NCBI RefSeq assembly: GCF_009834535.1
Contig: NC_045698.1
Coordinates: forward strand, 10,542,001-10,606,000
Length of the DNA: 64,000 nt
Reading direction: 5' to 3'
Source: Camelus ferus
Taxonomy: Eukaryota
Positions 37,301-48,700 of this stretch are shown here, piece by piece (position 1 is the first letter of the stretch; each line of letters opens with the position of its first letter). The position numbers and the translations under genes were made by a program. The notes below the pieces were generated by a model. The model made no database searches and was not told the DNA's origin. It saw only the letters and a program-made list of their open reading frames with translations.

Positions 37301-39830
37301 TGTGTAAGTTGTAGAATCCCCAGAGTTGAGCAAAGGCAGGGCCCAAGTTCAAGTAATTTTAAAATCACCTGAGGAACCGTAAGAAGTGAACTGAAGAAGG
37401 AATTGATTTTAGATTAAAAATGCCTTTTAGAAACAAAGCAACAGATGCCTGACAGACCTCCTTGGCTTAAGTTATAAAAGGCTAAAAATTTGAACCAATG
37501 GAAGGACTTCTGTGTGTGTGGCTACAAATTCCTTTTTCTAAAGTTTAGGTCCCCTGTTGAACAGAAGTAGAATATGTAATGCTTGACTCTTGGGAAACCA
37601 CCTTGGTGATCTCTTCTGAGAGGCTGGGGAGACCAGGGAGCTAGGGCTGAGTTAGGTAGTGAGAAAAGACACAGGCAACTGATGGTTAATACTTGTGTGA
37701 TCCAGTTACTAACTTGGAGCCATGGAAAGCACAAAACTAAAGTGGTTTGGCTGCCCCTGCCCGGGTAGCAGTAGCAATAGGAAGAAAGTAGGCTCGGCCG
37801 TGACTAGAAGTGGGTGTGTGTGTATGAACGTGTCTGCTCGCTGGTGTGCAGTTACACCGTGACACTCTGTTGTGTGCCAGGCCTCACAGCCTGAGACCCA
37901 GTCACATTTGGGAGGGTGGTGGGAGCTGTCCCATTTGCAGTTTTTTTCATTGTAAATTGAAATTTATTACTGGGACTGGTGGGATGGGTTAGTAGGTATT
38001 ACTAAACTGTACAGAGTGGTCATTAAGCCTGGAAATAATAGGTTAATTGTATTGAAGTATCATAGCGATAAACCATTTATTATGTTCTCTCTGTTCCCAA
38101 GCCTTATGGCCACCTGTATATTTCAATATTTTGTAAGCTCATGAATAGCTCATTAATAGTAAGGGAGAGCATTGACTAGAGTTTTATCTCATTCTTGTCG
38201 ATTCCTTGGGTGTAGGTGTGGGTCAGGAATGAAGTCGCCAGAACACAGGTCATCCAGGGAAAGGATACAGGACTGGAAATAACCACAGCCTTGGCAGTCG
38301 TTTTCCCGGTAACCGGGGGTGGTTGAGCTTAATTCTGAGCTTCAGAATAATTTTTTGTACTTAATTTTAATAGCTTTTATGTAATGAAAAAATGCCTTGA
38401 TTTATATTCTCATAAATGGTGCTAAAATATGGTACCCATTACAGGAGCCAGAGCAATGCATGGTAATGTGGGAATTTTGAGGACTTTGATATGGGAACAA
38501 AGCCAAAATGAATGTATTTAATGAACTCCCTTCCCGTTTTCATTGTCTGTAGAAATGTTTTGGTACCGTTACCTGCATCTTAGCAGCTTCTGACTCTCTT
38601 GTGAATTGGGAGAGGATGATGACCCACCTTCTACCTGTGGTAGTGGTGTCCCCTCCCTGTCGGCCGGGCTGTGAAGGGAGGACAGCTGGGAACATGGTGT
38701 GAACCTGGCCCGCTCGTCTTGGCTTGTTTAGCAGAGTGTCCTGTTTACACTGTAAAATGTCAGCATTTGTCAAAAACTTCGCCTACTCTGCAAACCGTGC
38801 CCCCAGGGCTCCTGTCAGTTTGGGGTCTTGCTTCCCACCTGCACCCTTGGCCGGACACCTGGCCCCAGGGTGTGAGTTCCCTGGGTGAGGTGTTGAATCT
38901 TCGTCTTCATGGTCAGAGGCAGAGCCAACTCAGGTTTTGCTGTTGGTCACCTACAGCAAACCCAGCCGCTGAGGACTGTAAAAATAATAACTAAAAATAA
39001 ACTGAGAAAATAAAAGCTCAGAAGCCTGGTTGTGTTGCTCTGGTTAAATGCCTGACTTTGAGGACTTGGGAGATTTTGGTTCAGTGCATTAACTTGCCAG
39101 CACCCCCAAGACAGGCCTATGATGGTGTTGGACCCACTTAAAGTGATCCCCCCAAATTAGGTGTGTGGTTCTGGGCTTGGGTCTGAATTCAGTAGCAGTC
39201 CCGTCACTGGCTGCTCACCACTCGGATGAGCTCGGGCCAGTCACTCCGCTTCCTGACAACTCAGTCCTCGTCTCCACCACCAGCTGTCCCCAGTGGGAGT
39301 CAGGGTGGGGGCGAAGTGAGACACCAGCACATAACAAGGCTTCGAGGAAGATCCTTTGGGCCTGCAAAGTGGGGCTGCGGCTATGGTCCACACCAGCCTT
39401 GCCGTGTGCTTGCTGAGGAGAGGCCCGCGGTGTACACAGTGCTCCCAAGTGTTCGAGAACCAACCAGACTATGGAAGCGCCCCCAGAAGTGTGATAGCGT
39501 TGCATATGAATCAGACTGCCCCTGAAAGATGTTAATGACCTGGAGAAGGAGGAGACAGTGGGCTTTCAAAGGTATTCTTGGGGTTAGGGCAAGAAGTTTG
39601 AGCCAACAGTGAGCTGCCCTCCTGTGAGTCAAAGAACTGAGTCTCGGCAAAATGGGGCTGGGCTTCTGAAAACCCCCCTGCTGACGGGCCAGGCATCCAG
39701 AGGGCAGCGCTGGGCTGGTGGCGGGCAGCCGAGGGATGACCTGTGCTAGCCAGCCGCAGTGAGCTGGTGCCTGCCTTCATGGCCTTGTTGGACTGGGTGA
39801 ATAAACAAAATGTCTGCTACAAATACACTT
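34324..39830 (+). other. OTULIN: OTULIN 3' UTR (extent uncertain), with candidate poly(A) signals
   Basis: AATAAA at 35977-35982, 37083-37088 (followed by a U-rich tract) and 39800-39805. Sequence alone cannot show which is used. Confidence 0.5.
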
Positions 39831-42800
39831 GCCCATCGTCTTGTCTGCACTCGGTGCTCTCCTCAGTTCCCAGGGCAGCGTTTCTGGCATTTCTCCTCCA
39901 TGGTGAGTCTAGAGGAAGCCAGGGACCCCGGCTGTGGGTCCTCAGGAAGCCCTTAGGATCAAATGATCAAGAAAAGACAAGCCATGTTACATGTGTGTAA
40001 ATGAGACTGTTTATACAGTACATTCCCACCTCCCATCGCTGCCTTGCTGGAAATCTGAGCGTTTTTTTCTGTGGGTTCTCTCAGTTGTTTGTCTTCCCTC
40101 CTCACTCCTACCCCTGTCTCGTCTGGGCTCTGTGTGAGTGGCCTGGTAATGACCTTCTGACCTGCTTGGTCTGGTGGGTTCATTCCAGACTTTGAGCCCC
40201 CAGCACAGCCCTGGGGACAAAGCCGATTCGGCCCTTGGGCGGAAGAGCCTGGGGTGGCGCTCCCCGCGAGCTCCCTAGGGCTGAGTGAGGATTTTTTTTT
40301 GCTCTTCCCTCCAGTTTGGGATCTTGCTTCCCACCTGCACCCTCGGCCGGACCCTGCAGCCTGGCCCTGTGACCTCTCACCAGATGGCTGAGAGGTCTGG
40401 TGACAGTGGTGTGACTACCCTTCATTCTCTGTTACAATTTAGAAAATGTATTAAAGCCAAGTACAGTGTCTTCCAGTACCCCGTAGTGCCACCTCCCCGG
40501 ATGGAATGCACTTTATGGAAGGTGAAGTGCTGTCAGGCTGTGCTGTGCCCCTCATTCCGGAGATGGCACTCCTTGCAATGTCGGAAAGAATGCAGAGGAG
40601 ATAAAAAGCAAACACGCCATGGAAGTTGTTGATACTCTCGGAGGTCACATCCTAATTGTACAAGGTGGTGAGAAACTGTGATGCACTCTAAGGTTTAAAA
40701 AAAAACCTTCAGAAAATATTATATAATTAACACCAAGTACTTCCATTTTTCTCAATTATAAGCAGTGCTGTAAGGCACCTCCTCGTTCATGAATCTTCTC
40801 ACGCATCTCCAGACTGACCATGTTTAAGGCTCTTGATACGTATTTCCAACCTTCCCTCCGAAAAGTTGCAGGAAGTTCTCCTTCACCAGCAGGTGCTGCA
40901 GGGCCTGCTGCATTGTCCCCTGGGTGACACTAGGGATAATTTAATTTTAAGCTTTGACCACCTGGCAAGAAAAAGAGTTTGGAAAGGAAGAAAGATGTGT
41001 AGTTTTAAATGGCTTTTGATTCTAGTAATAAGTGGGGAGCATTTATCCTCAGTGCTCTGGGTTTGGTGGTATCTCTTTCCTGCATGGCCTTTTCATGTTC
41101 TTTGCCCATGACATTAGCCTCTTTCCCTTGTTGAGGGTGAACTTGAGGCATCTTGCTAGATTGTCCTCTGAAGAGGTACCACTGAGTGACAACATTTCCC
41201 CTGCAGAGCGGGAGGGCCGGTTTCGCTAGGCTCTTGCCAGTGCTGAGCTCTGCCAAACTTTGGTCTTTGCTGAGTTGATAGCTGGACTTTCAGTTTGCGT
41301 TCCTTCACTTGAGCAAGGCGAGGCATGTTTTCCTTGGGAGAAGCCATTCGTGGGTCATTTTCTGGGAACCATCTGCTCGCTTCCTTTACACATCTGTTAC
41401 TACAGTGTCTAACTAGACCGTTGTATGTGAGAATACTTTTGGTTCTTCCATATGTATTTTACAGGGAGATGATCCCTTTTGGTGGCAAAGGCAAGTGACA
41501 AGGACTGGCTCGGGTGATCTTAGTTCACGGAGAGCATGACCATAGTGATAAGAAGAGGGGGTTGGAGATGAGAAGGATGCAGGGAAGAAGGTGATTGTGC
41601 AGGTGACCTGGGGTCAGAGTGTGTTCAGGGGCGGAAGGTGTGAATGCCTTCATTGATTCACCAGAGTGTCTGTTCTGGGCAGGCAAGGTGCCAACATCAG
41701 GGCTGTAGGGAGAGCTGGCCCAGCCCTCCCCTTCCCTTCCCCCCGGCCCTCCCAGGCCCTCTCTACACCTCCCCATGTTGGGCCTCACATGCATGTGTGA
41801 CAGACGAGCTGAACCCGGAGTGAAACCGCTGATCACTCACTGCCCCATCCGGAGCAGGAGGAAGGGTGGAGGGTGGAAGATCTTTCTCCTGACAGTTGCC
41901 GTCATACACCAGCATGGCTCCCTGGGCCTGCCCAGCGCTCAGCTCTCATTCTGTTGTTCTCACATGGGGTGCTTCCAGGGATCCGGAGACCTCTGCCCCC
42001 AGCTCGGCAGTTTCTGTGAAGTGGCTGATGGTCCCACCCCGACCCACCACTTCCTCCTTTGCAGCTCCAGGAATCCAGTGTTATTACCCCCAGGTTCTTC
42101 TGAGCCCCACTCACCCGCTAGGGATGTAAGACAAACCCCAGGTCAGCTTGTTTATCTGTGTGGCCCGGGCCTGATTCATGGGAAAGACCTCTGCCCTGAC
42201 AAACGTGGTGTGTGTCACCACCCTGGTGTCCCCTCCTGTGACTCTCCCGTCAAATTTGACAGGGGAGTCAGACACCTGTCCACCGAGTGCCCACCACTGT
42301 AGGGGCCCGTTTCAAGCTCTCTGGGTGTCTCCTGAAGAGCCCTGTCATTAGGTTTAAGGCATCGAGGGACCCCACCCCAACCCCACACACATGTACACAC
42401 TCCCCCCAAGGAGGAGACAGGCTTGGTGTAGCTCTGCAAAGAAACCATCTCTACAAATTCTCTTTTAAAAAATATCTACTCTTGGTCCTTTGATTCCCTC
42501 AGCGTGGGTGAGGTGTGAAAGAGTGCACAGGTTCTGGAATGGGGCGAGGCATTAAGACGCTTGGAGCAGGAGGCTGGGGCACTGCCAGGAGTCCCTGTTT
42601 TGTGTCACTGCTTCTCATTGGGTGTTTCCATCCTCCTTCCAGCTGGGCCCTTGTTTACTACATGTATCCCTGACTCAGCCTGGTGCCCACCTGTGTAAGT
42701 GCAGAGTCCTCCTTGCAGCAGCCCAGTGCCTGGAGTGAGAGGAAGGACCAGCCTGGAAGAGCAGGGTGAGATGTGCGGTGGGAGGAGGCGGACAGGCTGC

Positions 42801-42889
42801 TGGGAACGGTTGTGCAGGCTGTGCACTGCAAAGCTCTAGGTGTCATTCACATCGTGGTCCAGTAGTACACATGAGCTTGGGAAGGAGAA

Positions 42890-43450
42890 CCATTCTGGAG
42901 CCATTTTTGGCATCTAGGCCTTAGGTGACCAGGAGCACCTGAACTAAACCAGTGGGACGAAAGAGGGTGCAGAGGGAGGGAGAGAAGTGAGAGATGCTGG
43001 GAGCGAGAACTGACAAGGTCAGTGACTTGACTGAGGGAGAGGTGGCACATGGCGTAGGCTGGTGTCCGGGCGGGTGCTAATGTGACTCATCTAGCTGGAG
43101 AGGGGTGGAAGTCTGCGGGGGGCAGGGCTTAAGGCTGAGATGTTGGGAGGTGACTGGACTGCAGTTCTGGAACAAGTCAGGGCAGGAAAAACAGCCCTGG
43201 GGATCCCCAGTGTATATTTGGAATTGGAAACAGGCCCAGATTAGGTCACCCAGGAGCATGTAAACTAGGTTCCCAACTAAGGTGGGAGCAGGCCTGGGGT
43301 GGGGGTGGGCAGGTGGAGTCTTTTTTAAAGAAGGTGGAATTAAATAGCAACACAGCTGTAGGGTGAGGAAGGCCACTGGAATCTGGGCAGTGGCAGCATT
43401 TGGGGGAAAGGCGGAAAGAAGAACAGAGCTGAGCTGGGATGCGGTGCTGC
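42890..43450 (-). mobile_element. L2 fragment
   Basis: 'tatttggaattggaaacaggccc', 'gctgtagggtgaggaaggccactggaatctgggcagtggcagc' are L2-like. Boundaries approximate. Confidence 0.5.
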
Positions 43451-45749
43451 CAGGCACCGGGGAGAAATCCCTTTTTGACTCCGTCACGCGTGAACATGGG
43501 AGCATCTCTCCTAACAGGGCCCCGGGGGCTGACCATAGCCGGCTTTCCTCAGCTACTTGTCTTTAGAGCAAGAGAGCCTGGTACACGAGTCAGAGGAAAG
43601 AATTCTAGGTGTGTGGTATAATGTGAAGTTTGATAATAATTATTCTATTTGTTCATTCTCTTTTGGTCTTTGGATCCAAAGGTTCTGAACCCAAAGTTAG
43701 ACTGGCCTTTGTTTTGTTTTGTAAAAGCTCTAGTAGTTTTTCTTTGCTGAAAGGAGCCCGGCGGTAGAGTTGGTGGCTGGGGTGCTCCCAAGCTGCCTGG
43801 GAGCCTGGCGGACGTGCACCCCCGCCTTTGTGCACCGCCGTTGACGGCTCTGCAAATCCTGACGTCGCAGCGGAGGGGAGCTAGAAAAGATCTTGTTCTA
43901 GCGCAGAGGAGGCAGATCCAGAGGCATCCGATAACCTGCCTGGCTCACAGCTAATAAGAAGCAGAGATAGAATGAGGACTCACGGCTGCTGACTTTTTTC
44001 CTTTTGTGCAAAGACCAGTGTGTTGAACTGTGAAGTTAGCGTGGTATTTACTGGCTTGCATTGTCCAGTAGGGAGCCTGGAGCTTGCTGGGGGCATATAA
44101 GAACATAAACAATGCCAATATGCCCTTCACCCCAGCATTGCCTTTCAAAGTGTTGAAAAGGAAAACTTAGAACAGGGCTTAGTTTTCTCCTTGATATTAA
44201 CTTAAAAACCCATTCAGTTGTATCTATGAATGTATTTAAACTACTTACCGCAAGGTGAAACCTTTCAGTAGTTTACCACCATTGTATAAGGTGTGGATGT
44301 GGGTGGTTTAGGACAATTCATAAATAGGCAGAGTAGAGACAGGTGTTTCAAAACCATGAACCAGCTTGTGGTTTACTTTAACATCTTCTTGATTAAAAGC
44401 CCTCAGCCCTTAGAAATGAAGACAAATATGAACACTGAAAGTCTTCTGCAATGTGTGAGGAAGGGGGCAGTGGGCAGGCCGCTGGGAACGGTTGTGCAGG
44501 CTATGCACTGCAGAACTCTAGGAGGGGTCATTTACATTGTTGTCCAGGTGGACACACGAGCGTGGAGAAGGGAAACTGTTTTGGAGGCTTCAGTAGCATC
44601 CAGGCCCTAGGTGAACAGGAGCCCTGGAGCTAAGCCAGTGGGAATACAGAAGATGCAGAGGGAGGGATGGAAGTGAGAGAAACTAGAGGGGAGGACTGAT
44701 GGGGGTTAGTGTGACAGTGAGGGATGGGTGTGTCATGGAGGAGGTTTCTGGGAGGATGAGCATGTGATTCATCTGGGGTGGCAGGAGAAAGTGTGGGGAG
44801 GGTGCAGATTTGCTGACAATGTCTGGGCCAGTACAGCTCCACACCCTACCTCATAGCCAAGCAGGAAGACCTCTAAGACTTCAAAACCATGTGGTATTAG
44901 AGGCAGTAAGAGGGCAGCATGGCAGAGGTAGTACTGCCACTGGCATTTTAACTCAGACATGTCCTGAAGCAGGAAAGCGAACACGCAGTCAGAAGCAGGT
45001 CAGTAGCATGCTTACATCCTTGTTGATTTCAGGTATGTAAAAAAACACATTCTCTATATAATCTCTCATAGGACGTTAAAAAAAAATGAGAGCCATCATT
45101 CTTTGAGGTCAAGACATTATAGCTGAAAAAACAGTAATGCTTTTCACATAAAGACTGATAAGAGCAAGTCTCTCAGATGTGGGCAGGTGGGGTTTTACAT
45201 GCTGTACCTCTTACTTTCCTAAAGCCAGGCTGTCTGGATCTCCATTCTAGAAGCGGTGGGGAGAAGCTGGGCCTCAGAGAAGATCTTTCAGTATTGCTGT
45301 AGTTGTGGGAAGTAAAAATCCATTTTAATACAGAATAAAATTTGAAGAAATGGCTCATGTTTAAATAAGACAGGGAGTTTGGGGAAATATCCCAGTGGCT
45401 AGAGGTTTTAGCTACCAAGGCAAAGGGGGAAATTTTAATGTCTCATGTACGTTTGACAAAAAAGGGAAATTGTAGTCAGAATTAGGAAACCATATAATTT
45501 GGGGCATGTAAACAGACTAATGGTTAGAACAAGAAAATCAAGAAACTAAAAACAATTTCAATCATATGCCAACCATCTAAGCTTTACTTAAAGTAAAATT
45601 AAAATATGAAAGCTGTTTGACAATATATGAGCACAAATTCCTCCTCCTCCAAAAAATTCCAAAAAAGAAAAGCATATATAAATGCTCTTAACAATGCAAA
45701 AACTTACATCTATGAAATACATACACAGCATTTAAATGCAACGTATATT

Positions 45750-48700
45750 TTATACTGACCTCTGCAGTCAATTTTAATGAAGGCTGTACAAATATTTTAA
45801 TGTGATTGGCTTTAACAGTTTAAACTAAACCCACAGTTTTGACGTGAAACCAAAAAGCCTGTAAGCTGACAGCCACAGCTCACGTAGAATAATGAGTCCC
45901 AGGAGACTTAATTTTGTTTTAAAAAAAAAATTCTGGATCACTGCTAATGTTCAGATCTGAAAGAAAGAATGAGGTAATTTTATTTCTCCATTGCAGGATC
46001 CCGTACCATGTTGTAAATCCCAGATCCTACACGGACTGTTAGACCAGGAAGGAGCCTTGGCAATAATGACTGGACCCTCTCGATGTACAGGTGGCCGCCG
46101 TGAGGCCAGAGAGGTGTGAGTGACGCTGAAGTTCTCCTTGTATGAACTAGCACAGGCTTGTCGCTGCTGAACAGGAGCCCCCGTGTGGCTCTGTCAAGGT
46201 TTCTGAAGCCCCGCGACGAGCTTCTTGCTCTTTCCAGCTTCAGATATTTGCCCTTTCCATACACTACGAAGCAAACCGAATGTGGTGTGGGTCGAAGGAG
46301 CAGTGTGTTTGCCCATAGGCCTTGTGGGTGTGGGGGAGTGGCCTGCTTCCCGGTGACTGGGCCACGCCTCGGGTGCTGGGTGCCTGGCGTTGAGGTACCG
46401 TGTACCTCCTTTGTTCATCCAGAGTGGCTTGAACTTTGCTTTCAGTATCAGGTTCATCCAAACGGTGGGTCCCCCATGTCTGTGGCCCCACACTTCACGG
46501 AACCAGAATCCACCTGGCTGTAGTGGTCCCCACTCCCAAGTCACCATTTCTTGTCCCTGGTTCACAGATGGACAACATCTGCCTCTAAACCTCACAGTAA
46601 CGACCAGTCTCTGTACATCACTGAGTCTCCACGAAGCCATAGGGCGAGTGGTGCATCTCCCCACTGTAACCTAAGGAAACCACGTATTCTTCTGGAGAGA
46701 GAAAGGGTTCCTAGGTCTTGTGCGCTTTTGTTTACGTATACGGACTGTAGAAGCCAAGTCTTTAGTGAAGTGCACTTTAAGTTACATCTCCTAACTTAAA
46801 AAGAGGCACCAAATAAACATGTGCTGAATCTGTGGGTAGCTGACAGCCATCTATAAAAGTGCATAGATCTTACAGTCGTTCAGAGACCCTGGTTGATTGC
46901 AAATGAAGCAGAGAAAAAATTATCCTGGAACCACTTGGACTTGGCAGAGATGATTAAAAAAAAAAAAAAGACTTTGGAGGTGCACCTTTGATGAGCTGCT
47001 TTGCCACAGCGAATAGTTCTAACCTCCCCTCGGGAGAAGAAAGTGAAGTCAACTTACAGCAAGATCTTACCACCTCCCCTTCACTGTTTTCCCTTTTTGA
47101 GATCAGACAGTAAACACTATAATTTGTTACACCTTTCCTGACTTCAGCGTTGGGTGTGGGTTGATTACGTAATTACACGTCTCACATTTTGCACACTTAG
47201 GTAGTTCATTTTAGACTTTTAACCTGTAAAAGGGTAGGAGCAGGGCCTTTTGGTCTATTTTTCTTCAGATTTTCTCTACATCCTGTTTTATGTGTGGTTA
47301 GATCAGCTGATGAGTCACGTGGTGTTTTGCTGCTTCAAAGGCCAGAAATAGAGACTCCAAGTAACCACACAGAGGACCATCTTGAATGTTTACCAAACAC
47401 GTTGCTCAAAAACATGCTTTTCTACGGTTCAAATGCTTTTTATGAAAGAGCTCTGTGAGGGCTGTGCCTGAGGCTGTGTCTTGGAAGGCAGGTGGGAGCC
47501 TGGTTTCAGGGAATCGGCTGCACACGCAACGCAGACCTCTAAACACTTACAGATCGCCACGTGCTACAAAGCCTTGCTCATTGCAATTTTGGTTCTCTAT
47601 ATGCATAAAGGTCAGGACTTAGCACATAAAAGGACCGAGCATTGCTTTGATTGATGAAGACTTCATCCTAAGTTAGGAGGGCAGCTCGCCTGCAAAGTAG
47701 GAAGCCAGAAACCCTGGCTGGTGGGTACATACCAGCTCATGCTGTCCTGGGCACTGGTCTGCTGAGATATTCAGAAATAGAAGGATTCTTGAATACAAGA
47801 AAATTTTTCTCAAAGTAATCATTTAATTACAACAACAGTACTACTTTCTCAGTCTTTCCCCCACTTCAGTTTGAAGAAGGAAAAAAGAATCCAGTCAGAG
47901 AGCTACTGAGTCTTTAAATGGGTATGTTTCTGGAAACTAAGGGCACAAAACAGCTGACCTCCCCCTGCCCCTTCCAGATGATTCCCAAGTGAGGAGGAGT
48001 TCGGAGGGTCAGTCGGTGTTAACTCTTTTACATCTAGCTCTAAAGTTATCGTTGAGTAAGTTCTGGTGTCTGGGGACTGCGGGAGAGGCAGGAAAAGGCT
48101 GCATGTGGGGACCACCGAGCTGGGCCCCGGCTGGAGAGCACCCTGGCGTCTGGCTTGATGGACCATCTTGAGTCTGGACCTCCCTCCTTGTGGGCCTCCT
48201 GCCCACTGCGCCTGCAATGGTTATTTATTGCAAGGACTCAGGAGTGAAAAAGAAAGTGCTTTTACTACCGTAACGAAATCTCCTTAGCCATCCAATATAC
48301 CCTACAGCAAAGCCAGAAGTTTCTGTTTCTGAGTATCAGCCGTCCCAGGCAGTTTCAGAGCCAGACCACCTGGTACTGCTAAAATACAAAGCAAAACATA
48401 CATGCAAATCAGAGAAGATGACCTTTGGGCACAAGACCAGCCAAACCTGGGCAGCGAGGGGGTGTGGCTGATGTCAACCTGTGGCCTTTGTGCCCAAAGT
48501 AAGGAATCCCAAGCAGGTGAGGGTTTCCGGCCAACGTGCAAACCTCGCCACACGCCGAGCCACATGGCCGGCAGGTCCTGCCCAATCACGTCTTTCCTGG
48601 AGCCAGCCCGGCCTGCTTCCTCCTGCTCAGATCTTGGTGTCTCACTGATGCCAGTGGCACCGAGGTCCCGCTCATTGTGGGCAGAGCCCACGGCAGCTGC

